From Chrysomallon squamiferum (Eukaryota > Animalia > Mollusca), in NCBI GenBank assembly GCA_012295275.1, contig CM022665.1, positions 28,086,001 through 28,150,000 of the forward strand: 64,000 bases of DNA, given 5' to 3'. The position numbers and the translations under genes were made by a program. Of the stretch, positions 1 to 12,996 are shown one piece after another; the stretch's first letter is position 1; the number at the start of each line of letters is the position of its first letter. The notes beneath the pieces were generated by a model, which did not search any database, had not been told where the DNA came from, and worked only from the letters and a program-made list of their open reading frames with translations.

Positions 1-803
1 CACACACCTTGCTTATATATGTATGTATGTATATGAATGATTTTTTTAAAAACCCATGCAATATTTAGTATAATAATACTAAGAAAAGAGATCACACAAA
101 AATTAAACAGTAAACACTTCCTTACCCCCAGAGATTTTTTAACCTGTTTCTGTTCTAGAAAGATTAAATTTACTCTGTTCTTGCTGTGTTTAATGAACCT
201 CAAACAGGTTATATATAAACACATATTGCACAGTCACTATAATCACATGACCCACATTATTCCATCTTGAATCTCACACATTAACTATTGATAAATGTAT
301 AATATAATATGTAGATAAGTAAACAGTGATGTATCCAAGGACAGCAGATACAATTTATAACCTGAATGGCAAAAGGGATATCTCATACCAAGCCTTGAAG
401 TGTAACACTTATATATCTAGTTTGTTTAATCAGGTCAAAAGAAGTCACAAATACCTATACAACAAAACAACAATGTCTCAGCTCAAGCTGAAGCAATTCA
501 GTCATTAAGATAAAGTCGATGTGCATGAAGGCATTAATAGCTAAAAATATAACAGTGTGAAATGAAATATAATTACATATAATGTGGCTGAAATAAATTA
601 TCTTCCTCACTAACATGATTAACAGTTCGGTGTACTAATGTGACTTTTCTATATACTTAATTTGTTATTTCCTGATGTTTTTTCTTCTTCTTCCTCTTAT
701 TCTGGTATTTGTTTGATGTTTACTGTTGTTAACTGACATATTTTTCTATTAGCTGATTAAACAAAAGGCAATGTATCTGAAGTATAAAAAAATAAAATAC
801 AAA

Positions 804-806
<3 letters not shown>

Positions 807-847
<41 letters not shown>
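807..847. repeat. (GT)n microsatellite
   Basis: Direct reading; similar (GT)n tracts at 4042-4075, 4248-4284 and 30715-30746. Confidence 0.95.
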
Positions 848-850
<3 letters not shown>

Positions 851-1880
851 ATATTAATACCAGAATTAACAAGTTTTTGAAACTCTAAGATTATCTTGTG
901 TTATCACAAAGCTAATACAATCAGTTCAAAAGTCAAATGGTCACCCACTAACCTGTATACCGAATTTTAACAATGATTTCTAGTTAATTGTATATCTTAT
1001 AGAAAAATATCTTTTCTATGAATATTTGTTCAGGGTTTGTGTGAATGTAACTGTATTTGTGTATATGCACAAGCATCAGTATAATGATGTGTATGTGTGT
1101 GTCTTCATATATGTCTGTATGTGAATAAGTGGCATTCTTATGTATTTGTTTTTGTGTGTATATGTGTATGTGTGTTTCTGTGTTCTGTGTTCTGTGTGTG
1201 TGTGTGTGTGTGTGTATGATCAGAAGAAGCAAATGCTATTTATAAGCAATACTGAATATTTATGTTCATGTTTTTCTGTACATCATTGCAAAAGTTGTTT
1301 TCTGAATGCAAAAGTAAATACAATATTTGACTGGATATTAACATCAAAGCAGTTATAAAATAAAAACTATCAACAAACTTTTCATGAAAACCAAACTTGC
1401 TAATTTTCAAAATAGACTGAAAAGTGTTTTATTCAAAAACTAGATGAAATTTCAGTTTTCATATTTTCAAAACAATAAAAAAAAAATGAATACTGAACAA
1501 AACAAATTTTAATAAAAAGAGATAATAATTAGTTTATTAAAGACCATGAAATATGCTTTGATGTCTAACAATTTGGCTTTGGTAAATTTCTTCTCAGATT
1601 ATCATTTTACATCTAACAACAATGATCTTACAGCAGAAAGACAACAATAACATCATTAGAATAATAAAAGAAATATGTTATCATACCCTGTTCATAATCC
1701 TTCTATTAATCCATAATAACATATTTCTTAATCAAATATATTAATTAGGTTGTTTATGATGCATTACAAAACATATAATACTTATCATTAATAAGACATG
1801 ATAGGTGATAAGATTTTTGTTTTCACCTAGCAACAAAGAATTTTATTTTATATATGTTTGAGTATGTTTGTGTGTATGTG

Positions 1881-2022
1881 ACTACAGACAGAATAATACC
1901 ACAGTGTTTGTCAAACCATGACTAGCTGAACTTTGAAAATACAAAATAAGACTTATCAGGGAGTCAATTCTAAGCCAATAATACATCAGCCGAACATTAT
2001 ACCACTGAGCCATATACCACCT
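1881..2022 (-). mobile_element. Degenerate tRNA-derived SINE (MetaSINE-like) 5' fragment
   Basis: Minus strand reads AGGTGGTATA-TGGCTCAGTGG (Pol III A box)...GAATTGACTCCC (degenerate B box), then ...ACACTGTGGTATTATTCTGTCTGT. The last part resembles, from memory, the central domain of MetaSINEs (GGCCGTGGTATGTGCTATCCTGTCTGT). Confidence 0.5.
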
Positions 2023-2641
2023 CCTGTTATTTATGTCAAGTAGAAAAGATAAATCATTTATAAATTTAGTCCTGGGTGTAAAACATTCACTGAAAATCAA
2101 ACACTTCTGATTTTGTTTAACGTATGATTAACATCTATCATAACATATTTTCAAAAGGCATAAGATTTCACTGTTAATCTCACTTTAACAGTCTTACACT
2201 ATTTACTGTATATACAAATACTGATTCTCACCAGTTTTTGTCAAAGGAGTTAAAAGTAATAATAATAATAAATAAAATTATTTTAAAACAATGACCAACC
2301 TAAAATGCAAAAGTATGGATGAATGGATGAGCAAATCTTTACTTATTCTATAAAACTTCAATATTCTGTTATTAATGGTAATTATATAGTTTCCATATAG
2401 ATGATCTGAGAAGAAATTTATCAAAGCCAAATTCTTATCAGTCAACATCAAGGAACATTTTATCTTCCCGTAGGCAGAAAAACAAAGCCTTTGATAAACC
2501 AGTAACACAGCACTGGCTTGAATGAGAACTTCGATATGAAGGATACATAAATATAAAATGTATACCATTTTTATACATCTGTCTACAAACAGTTTGTAAA
2601 CACTGAGTAATGTCTGTTGTAATATTACAAAGATATATCTC

Positions 2642-2668
2642 TTATTATTATTATTGTTATTATTATTA

Positions 2669-2705
<37 letters not shown>

Positions 2706-2790
2706 GTTATTATTGTTATTGTTATTGTTGTTAGTATTATATTATTATTATTATTATTATTATTATTTTATTAGTTGTTATTGTTATTAA
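2642..2790. repeat. (ATT/GTT)n trinucleotide microsatellite
   Basis: Direct reading; similar tracts at ~4568-4647, 11746-11803, 12949-12996 and 52505-52565. Confidence 0.95.
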
Positions 2791-4039
2791 TTAATTTAAT
2801 ATAATAATGTAAATACATATATTTTTTAAGTATATAAATACATCAAAAGAAAAAACTTCTTTTTGTGTGTATGATTCATTATGTTAATGTATTTTGAACA
2901 ATCTAAACATGACATTAAGTCAGCGATGCATGATTTAGTTTTTCCAGATTTGTTTATTTATAGCACTTTCAGCAAAACTGTCAAATTCAAACTCCAAATC
3001 CATGACTAGCACACCACTCAGTTATGTCTATGTGAATGATAATAGAGGACACAGAATATATGTTTACTTTTGGCATATTGCAAGAATTATATCCAGAGTT
3101 ATTAACAAACATATTATATCACATACTATTTCAGCTAAACTGTCAGTTTACTTCAATTTGAAATTTAGAATAATACATAAACATGCTATTCAGTTCTGTT
3201 TACATCAGTTAATGTGGATGTTAAACTTTGAACAAGAATCTATATTTATTTTTCACAAACTGCAGTAATATGAGTTATGAACAAGAGTATTAATTATGTA
3301 TTTTAAACATGTTCTATTTCAGCAAAAATATCAGTTTACTTTCATACTAAAAACATGTCTAATATACACCGAATTATTACTCAACTCTGAATCTATGTAG
3401 ATACAAGGATATTAATTTATATATTGTTATTTTGTATGACTTCACTAAATTACAACATAATCCCAATACTGGTGTCAAAAAGAAAAAAGGAAAAAGTGAG
3501 CTTATGATAATTGCACAAAGATATGTTTAAATGAACCATTTTTGTCTACTTAAAGCTAAACATGAATTGTAACTCAAGCATACTAAAAGGATCAACAATT
3601 GATTTTATGCAATAAGCCTTTTCTAAATCTTTAGTTTGATTTACATAATTTACAGTTCATTTGGTAGCTATGGGGTTAGAAATGGAAAACTGCTACTGGT
3701 ATTTTGTAAGACTGTATGCAACAGATTAAAATAATTCTATCCTTTTAAACTTGAGCAGTTAAAATTGTAAGTAGAATGAAAAAAAAAAGTTTACCATATT
3801 TGTTTTCACAAGCCAATATTACTTTTTCATAAAACAATTGTAAAACATCTTTAAGCAGCATATTCATGATATTTTAGACACCAAAAATGAATATGACAAA
3901 TTTTCAACCATTTTGCCTGGAAAGCTCAGGGTATGGGATACATATTTGTGTCAGAGTTCAGCATTCACAAAGTTGATTTAATTCTCATAAAAACCCAAGT
4001 GTGAAAAATTCAGAAATGTTGAATTTGTCTGAATTTGTT

Positions 4040-4077
<38 letters not shown>

Positions 4078-4243
4078 CTAACTTTTATTTAATAACTAGC
4101 TATTATGAGCAGGTTGTTGCTATTAAGAAGTAAAATATGTCTGGACAACTGAAAAAATATATTCTGTATTAGTTTAGACTACTGGGATTCCATTTTATTT
4201 TCTTTCTTTCATTAAGTTTAATATAATCTAGTATGATGAATAG

Positions 4244-4286
<43 letters not shown>

Positions 4287-4566
4287 AAGGTATAAAGTAC
4301 ATTTACATTTCACATTTTGTACTAATTCTAATGGTCCTACTGAACATCTGTTGCATGTTGTCAAACTGGACTTTTGTTACAATGAAAACTGGATTAAAAT
4401 TAATTATAATAAATTAGAGGCAGGTGTTTTAAAGTCATAAATACTACCCATATACAAATTATTAATTGCAAATATACTTTTTGCTATAAAATGATAGGTC
4501 TTTATCAAGGATTGGAATATGAAACCAGGAAATGTTGCTAGCTTTTTTGTTATTTATTTATTTATA

Positions 4567-4600
<34 letters not shown>

Positions 4601-5174
4601 GTTATTGTTATTGTTATTGTTATTGTTATTGTTATTATTATTATTATCACTGTGACCAAATGTAATGTTGCTGTTTTTTATCTTATACCTAGTTTTATCA
4701 TTTTCATTTATCTAAACCATGTCAATAAATATACTCAATACTGTGCATTATATATAGTTTGCAAACTGTCAGTATATATATAGACACACACACATATTTT
4801 AACTGTAAAAACAAAATATATTCATGTAATAACATTGTTCTATGCTACGGTAAAGATCTACGTTCTATTTAACTTTCACCCGAATGAATTAGTTTTCTTA
4901 GTTCGTCTTAGAAGTCGTGAGTTTCACAACTCTGTATTACATCAATATGTAATGAAAAAAACAAATCAAAGTCTGTAAGTCATAATTATGAAGTTTTGTA
5001 CTTTTATGTTAGCGTCTTTAAAGAAAATGTCATCGACTTTGTTCACATTTATCCAACTGTGAAGGGTGGGGTCGAGTCTCCATGCATAAGCCTTCAATCC
5101 TTCTGTAATACGTTATGTATTCCTTTGTTGTGATGCCCCCGTGTTATTGCAACCTTCATAAATATGCGACTTAC

Positions 5175-5500
5175 CGTGATATACTTTTGGGGTCACATGC
5201 AGATTTTTGTGAACGCTACAAATTCAGGTGAATATATCCTATTATACTTTCGGCTAAGACAGTCATGCAGTTACTTAATGTCACATAAAACAATCAGCAG
5301 CAGGCTGATTCTCTTCATTGGTCTTTAGAGCTTACATCGGTTTTGGGACGTAATCTTAAGGTGACTGCAAATCGCTTCGGTAATTATCATTGTCAAGCGG
5401 AATCTCCTTTGCATTAAGATGTGAAGAATTCCTTAGTTACCAATTGATTCGTGGCTAATCGGATATATTCGCTGGCGAATTACCGCCATTCCGATATGAT
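5175..5500 (-). other. Probable non-coding first exon (5' UTR) of a minus-strand gene whose coding part lies left of the window
   Basis: Consensus donor ACG|GTAAGT at 5175/5174 on the minus strand, inside a locally CpG-rich island. YY1-like AATGGCGG at 5483-5490. All ATGs traced in the exon end in short uORFs. Confidence 0.45.
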
Positions 5501-5580
5501 TCTCACGCAAGTATTTCCACTATGTCTGTGAGCGTGTTCCGAAAATCGGAATCAGTCGGGAAATTCCGTAGTTATGTACG
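5330..5580. promoter_or_regulatory. CpG-enriched, probably bidirectional promoter
   Basis: High CpG density against a CpG-depleted background, CCGCCAT motif, inverted repeat TTCCGA-aaa-TCGGAA (~5537-5551), ATTGG at ~5317. Confidence 0.45.
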
Positions 5581-5778
5581 AAGCTTTACTGTTGCTACTT
5601 TCACACTGCTTTATAATACATACAGGTGTATTGAAATTACATTTAAGTGGATTAGAAACATACACTTGTTTGGTGTGGTGCTGTTTGTTGTTAAAAAAAA
5701 AAAAATTAAATAAATAAATCCTTTCGAACCTATTATTATTCTTTTACTGTCTACTTACTCATCTTACTATTTATCCAC

Positions 5779-5890
<112 letters not shown>

Positions 5891-6959
5891 TTATGAATAA
5901 AGTAGGAGACGTGTATCTTGTCCTATCATCTTTCGTTCGGTATTCGTCTATCAAATTATTTCCTTCATTTACACATAATTATACACACCCCTATCCATCG
6001 AAAATGACGCCCATATGCATACTAGGGAAAAAATGAAACTAAATGATAATCAAAGAAAGTAAAAGAAACTCAAAACAACAAAATAAAAATTTAAAAGAAT
6101 TTAAAAAAAAAAAAAAAATTATATTACGTGTAAATCACGAAGGTATATTTTCAATTTGACCAGCTTTATCTTTAATTAAATTAATATTTTAAAATATATG
6201 ATGACTGTTTTGCTTGACATGTCAGTGGAAATATTTTACTTTATTTTCTTTTATCTTTTTTTTTTTTTTTTTTTTTGTTAGATTATTTCTTGACCAACGA
6301 GATTATGCTTCTGAATATGAATAAAAATGAAAGTAAATCTTTAGAATGTGAATTAAAAAAATGTTTTGCAATGACTCATCATCATGTTGCTAATGTTAAC
6401 ATAATATTTTGATATTACACGTATACTTTATTTAACTATTTGCTTAGTTTATGTAAATGTGCAGTAAGTAAGTGAGGCTAATTTCGGGTATCATATAAAG
6501 ATTAAAGAATTAAAGTAATACATTTGTCGTACATATTTAATTAATTTAAAATGCAACTTTGTTTATACGATAAAAAGAAGTCTAAATATATTCTGCACAC
6601 ACTCACACACATCCGCACACATACTGATTTTTTAATTTATATTATTAGTTTATTATTTATTTTTTTATTTTGCAATCTAATATTAGTTAATAACGAAATA
6701 AAACAACAAAAGAATACAGTCAAAAAATATCTTCCGATTTATTTTTTCTGATATCCATCACAGCAAAGAAATTTGAACAAAAGTTGTTTTATTTTAATAC
6801 TTAATATTCTTACTGTTGTAGTATATGATTTAAAACAATTCTACTCTCTGACTGTTGTTGATAATTATATCTATGTTCGGAAAGTAGTATCTTTATCTAA
6901 GTCATGCCTTAGTCATGCACTGCCATTAATTACACCTGTAAATATTGAACAGTATTTCG

Positions 6960-7014
<55 letters not shown>

Positions 7015-7019
<5 letters not shown>

Positions 7020-7720
7020 GTACTTTGACTCAATTTGCTCATATATCAAACCAATTTTCCCAACTGAAATACCATTAATCCGTTTCAGCCCCCTCAAAAC
7101 TACTCCTTTTTTTTGTAACGTGTTTTAAAATAAGAAAAAAAAAATTATTTATAAAGGACAAATATTGTATAAAAACAAAATAAAATGAATGTAAAAAAAT
7201 AAATTGATTTTGTTTAAAGTGTATTTATCTTGGAGGTCAGACAAATCATTTTAATGCCATTGGTTGGAGTTACAGCTTTTACAGACTCCTTCTGCTTCAG
7301 TATGGTGCATATCGTAGAAGTATATGCTCGTACTGCCTAGCGAAGTCGGCTACATGCACACCTCGCTCATGTTTCTCTATGATTTCATGCTTTAATTCAA
7401 TGGACATCATCCGTTTCTTCTTCTCAGCATTGTCCTTGATCAGAATAATTTCATAAAGGAATTTGTCAAAATACTGCACAAAACGCGAGCACAATACAAC
7501 AGAGATGCTTCCGCGACGAGGTAATTACGTGAAGTAAATGAGTGAGACGCGGGATGCTGGGCGGATGTTGTGTTGTTCGTTGCGCCAACTAGCGGCGTCG
7601 TCTCTGAAGCATGCTCGTAACTCGGAGTTTGGCTCGCAACTCAAGCAAAAATCGACCAAGCGACTGCTCGTAACAGGAAAAACTCGTATGTAGGGGCACT
7701 GGTAAGTCGAGGTACCACTG
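7015..7720 (-). mobile_element. Non-autonomous Tigger/pogo (Tc1-mariner superfamily) DNA transposon
   Basis: TIRs (t)AGTGGTACTTTGACT (7015) and, reverse-complemented, CAGTGGTACCTCGACT (7720), flanked by TA. Internal minus-strand ORF remnant KKKRMMSIELKHEIIEKHERGVHVADFARQY matches the N-terminal psq-type HTH of Tigger transposases. Subterminal CTCGyAAC repeats at 7614-7690. Confidence 0.85.
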
Positions 7721-7973
7721 TATATATATATATTGTATTTTGGAAGTGGAATCCGTTGTTCCTTCATAGGTGTTTTTTTTTTTTTTTTTTTTTTTTTTAA
7801 TGTACTTCATGGCTTGGAAGCACATGCCTTGTTTGCATAATTAAGGTAACGTTGGCTGTTCCGGTACCTTCACATTCTTTCAATAACGGCTTTTCAGTTT
7901 ATTAAATTGACAAATTAGACAGCTAAAATGTTGCATTTATATCTGAACAGAATATGCTGTAAAATCTTACGTC

Positions 7974-8020
<47 letters not shown>

Positions 8021-8021
<1 letters not shown>

Positions 8022-9040
8022 TGTCAAGGTATCTACAAAGACTAATTATTGAGGACTTTGTTAATGCCTGCAGCAAGGGAGATAACTGTTGTATAAATTG
8101 GATGGGAACAAGAAAACATCTGCAGCGTAAAAAACTTTGAAATACAAGAGAACCATTTAACTTTTTTGTTTGTTGTTTTGTCTTTTTATTATTATTATTA
8201 TTATTATTTTATAACTAGCTGGATATGCACCTATGAAATGGCTTATTTAGTCAATCACAGATTTGTTGTTTACATTCTGTCTGAATGAAAAAGGTAAAAT
8301 ATTAAGGCCATACTGATTAAAGAATTTACATACATACATATATTTTCAGTCAGTAAGCTAAGATTCAGTCACGCATGCTTATGGCATGGAATCAAGAAGC
8401 ATTGTTTCTTACCCAAGACAGTTTCAGTATGGGATGGTCCTTAGTTTAGTTTGTTAGAGGATTAGTTACAAAGAAGAAAGGATGCAATGGTCCTGTGTAC
8501 ACACCCAATTATTTCTGGGTAGAAGCTAGTAATACGATCCTATACTTACAACATAAGGCAAGACAGCTCCATAACTGTGATATCAAAGTAGGTGTGTACC
8601 TACTTTAAAACCTCTTCTGCCCTGAATACCCACCTATTATAAGTTCCAATTACACACGTACACACAAAAAAAAAAAAAAAAAAAAAAAACAAATATGTAC
8701 TGTTCAACAAATGTAAACTAAAATCTTCCAGATGCAGATTTATTTCTTTGTTGGGCTGTTTTTATGCCTTATTATTATTATTATTTAAATGTCTGAAGAT
8801 CCATAATTATGATATTCCATTTGTTGTTATTGTTATTGCGAATGACTATTTATAGAAACAATATTTCCAAGAACTTGGTTTAAGCTGCATTTAAATTGTT
8901 ATTTTACTTCTTTTTTTGTTATATATATATATATATATTAGAGCTTTTCCATAGCTAAGGATTCATAAATTTGATAATTATTTGTGTAACCTTACATCAC
9001 ATACTGCTTTGAACTAATTAGTCAACTGATATTTGTAAAT

Positions 9041-9091
<51 letters not shown>

Positions 9092-11575
9092 AGAATATAT
9101 AGATTAAATTATTATCTTAGGATCTAGCAGTTATGGTATTATTATTATTGTTGTTGTTGTTGTTGTTTTTTTTTTTTTTTTCTCACTAGTACTCATTGAT
9201 TTTCACAACTTCGAATGAACCCACTATTGTTTATCTTATTCTTTGTTGTTTCATTTTTTATTTACTTATTAGTTAGTTGTACCTATTATTATTTTTTGTT
9301 AATATTTATAAAATTATACTGTGATATACTGCAATGATACCTATTTCAGCAAAAAATATTTTGTGATGATGGTATGAAATACTGTGTGTATGTGTGTGAA
9401 TATGTATGTATGTATATACACATCTCTCTCTTTCATGCATATCTTTTGTCTTTAAATTGTAATGTTATTATCATGAACATAAGGTCAAATGAAAATAAGC
9501 ATTAATAAAAAAAATCAAGCAACAATAAAAAAAATAATTAAAAAAAAAAAAACAACAAAAAAGAACTGACAACAGCAACAACTTCTACAATAATAATAGT
9601 AAGTTCATGTGTTTATTCACAGACACAGTATTCATTATATCTATATGGGCATTTTAACCAAAGTAGTCCCTACCAAATTAATGGTTGACATTTTACAAAA
9701 TAAAAATTGTCTGTTGAATCAGTTCTTGTCTGCTCTCTGTTCAGAAATGAGCAAGTCTGGTGAGGTATTATCTTGAAGTAGTGATGCAGTGCTACCAGTA
9801 ATTTTGACAGTTCATTACTCCACTATGATTTGTGACACTGATGAGATGAACTCAGAGCTTTTCTTCATCAAGGACCTGCTTGTAATTAATTACTAACTGT
9901 GGTCAAATTTGGGTCTAGCATTTTGGTTTAGTAGATGCCATAAATTATTTGTTTAGTGACATGCATAAGCAAAACACATAAATATTTAAATAAAGAAACA
10001 AAGAAATAAATAATAATTATTATTTTATTTTATTAGTTATTATTGTTGTTGTTTTTAAATTTAAAGTAAACAGTAAGATTTCAATTTTATTCTCAGTTAT
10101 TTCAGTTTCAAAATTTAACCTTTTATTTAAAAAAAATTAAAAATAAAGATAAGATACAGGTATCCAATTCATATACAAAGACAAGTTAAAAACAGAAATC
10201 GGGGTGCAACTCATATGTAACATGGGGACTTTATCCACAAAACCAAACCAATAATGAGTAATATTAGCTCATGCTGACAATTACTGCATCATACATAATT
10301 CTGTAAGACAGAAACATATAAATATCTCACAGCATGCAGAATATAAAACATAAAAGAAAAACAGATTATGTAAGAGAAGATTACCATTAACTTGTATTTA
10401 AAAGATTGTGTATAAGAATAAATCCAGAATATTTTACAAAGGCTTATTATGTAAGAGTTAAAAACTTTAACATATACACTCATGCCATTTGATTTTTTTT
10501 TTCAATACTTATAAGTTACTGTAGTTGAAATATTTTGGAAATACTGTAATGGCTTTATTAAACATACAATGCAGTATTAATTGCAGGAGTGTATCAGATG
10601 CACATACTACATTAATAATGCACATACATTTCTGATTCCCAAAATACAAACCAAGTCATTTGTATCAATCACTAAAGATACATTTTAAGATTTACATGAG
10701 GATTAGGTTCAGTTCAGCAATATTCTTGATTGCACTATTTCCTGTTTCAGCTATTGGTAACAACTCAGATGGGCAGAGGAGAGACTACCTTTCATTTAAA
10801 ATACTTCTGTCCCTTAATCAACATCATTGTGTGCTTGCTACCTTTTGGGAAGGTGCATGTAAAAAGACAAATTTACAGGTTGCTTATTATATGTATTTTC
10901 ATGATTATTATCAATGACATTATATGCAAGAATGCCCATATCTGGAGTACAATGTTCATTCATATTTGCATTATTATATAACTGCTACATAGGGTTTATC
11001 ACTATCCAGAATATTCAAATTATTATTATTTACATCTACATATTACTTGTAGACAATTTTAAGGCCAGATCATTTATATATAATGTCACGACAGAATCTC
11101 ATTATTATTAGTAGTATTGTTAGTATTATTATTATTTGTTTCAGCCTGAATGATTTAAGATTTAATTCCTAACAGACCAACTGGTCACAGAAAGTGTTAC
11201 CTTTCAGTGAGTTATTTCAAAATCATAAACAGTATTATATGAACAGATAGTAAACAACATTTGTTTTGTTTTTTAATTATTAATTCATACTCATTTAATT
11301 ACTACTTAGTTCTACACATTTTTATCTTATATGTCAGTCAGTAAAGTTTACATACAGGTCATTCCTTGTATCTAAGAAGCTAAGTGAAAATTTGAAGAAG
11401 AAGAAAATACTTCTTTTTTAAAAATAAATAAATTGTAAATCACATCACAGATGAAGAATTGTTTAAGTATCAAAAGATGTTGACACATTTGGAAAAAGAA
11501 GACATGGATAAAATTCATTTATCACAGATTAAGTACGCAAGTTCAGAGAATTTGGAACACATGAAGATATGCTAA
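8021..11575 (+). pseudogene. Putative decayed multi-exon ankyrin-repeat gene (tentatively ANKRD22-like)
   Basis: AG/GT-bounded, protein-like segments at ~8021-8127 (MSRYLQRLIIEDFVNACSKGD), 8219-8293 (GYAPM/MAYLVNHRFVVYILSE*), 8732- (DADLFLC), 9745- (NE/SLVRYYLE/SATSNFDSSLLHY), 10587-10878 (GRGETTFHL...NIIVCLL), 11145- and 11358-11575. The ankyrin-like motifs are interrupted by stops and frameshifts. Confidence 0.35.
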
Positions 11576-11744
11576 GGCTAATTCAAAAGTTCGTTATTTA
11601 TTGCTTACTATAAAAGTATTTATAAAATGAAAGATAAAATAATAATCTAATAATTTCTTTTTTAATTCTTTCTTACTCCAAACAGATCTTAAGGAAAAAA
11701 AGAAAAAACTGAAATTATTTGTATTAAGGTTTCCAAATGGTACA

Positions 11745-11804
<60 letters not shown>

Positions 11805-11899
11805 GTTTTAGTAGTAGTTGTTATCGATGACGTTAATTGTGTATATACACAAAGGGAAGTAATAATAATACAAGAGTTATTGCGCTTGTGTTGTGGGTT

Positions 11900-12207
11900 T
11901 GATATGGTAACCATTGGATGTATACATTTGTTATTTACCCATTGTTATAAAGAAAAAGAAAAAAAGAACTTGACATCCAAACTGTAACATAGTTTTAATT
12001 GGATACAGCTGTGTTATCAAGAAAACACAAAATCGATTTAAAACAAAATACTCGATGAAACAGAACTGAAAGATCTAGGTCACAATGTGTAATCGTGTTT
12101 GATTGGACAATTCTTCGTGTTTAACGTATCGTATATCGTGTTATATTTTCTGAAGGAAGTTGGCAGCGAAAACTGGGAGGGGAATCCGGTACTGACGGTT
12201 ATCGAGG
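11900..12207 (+). promoter_or_regulatory. Promoter/5' UTR of SPTLC2 copy A
   Basis: CpG-rich patch directly upstream of ATG 12208, with three inverted CCAAT boxes (ATTGG at ~11913, ~11998, ~12102) and GGAAG motifs. Confidence 0.55.
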
Positions 12208-12939
12208 ATGGGTGGAAATGGTATAGTGAAACAAAAAAATGGAAAGGTGAATGGTTTAAATGGAAATATTAAAAGGCAGAACCAGTGGGTAAGTAAAATG
12301 ATTAAACAGGATATATCGGATTAAGTTTAAAAAGGATATGTGAAATTTAACCCATCTCATAATGAACATCATCAAAACCAAAATTGGAAAGATTTGTAAA
12401 ATAAATACTTAAATTGATAATTGAAGTAACTATTACTGATATTACATATCATCCGCCGGTACAAACATGGATTTGGATTAAACAGTGTGATCAAAACTTG
12501 AAGAAAAACGAAATCCCCTAGTGTCTGACAAATAGGTTTAGCGCCGCCATTTTGTTGATAGGAGTAGTTGTTGTTATAGGATATCGCATTATCGAATGAT
12601 TCATGATTTCGACCGATATCTTTAACGACGGTCTGTTATCAGTAAAGAAAAGAAATGTGATTATTTTTTTTAATAAAACCGTTTCCATCAAAGAAAAACA
12701 AATGGGAAATTAGATGTTTGTCACAAAATTTGTAATGTTTGATTTATTATTTCCTTAAGAGGTAACTGCTGGTGATGGTTGCTTAGCAAAATTATGTCTT
12801 TTATTTATTTGCTTGATTCCACATATTTTTTGTTTAACTAAATGATGTAATTTTGACATATATATATATAAATATGAATATGAATGATTCAGTTGGCTTT
12901 CTGTTATAAATAACATTTTATTTATTATTATTATATTTA

Positions 12940-12996
<57 letters not shown>

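Noticed and set aside
984-4783. ORFs rich in HT, VC, YI or poly-I
   Set aside because: They are translations of microsatellites, with no domain similarity.
9043-9092. Poly(T) directly followed by poly(A), a potential hairpin
   Set aside because: Homopolymer juxtaposition is common in this AT-rich genome and is prone to sequencing error.
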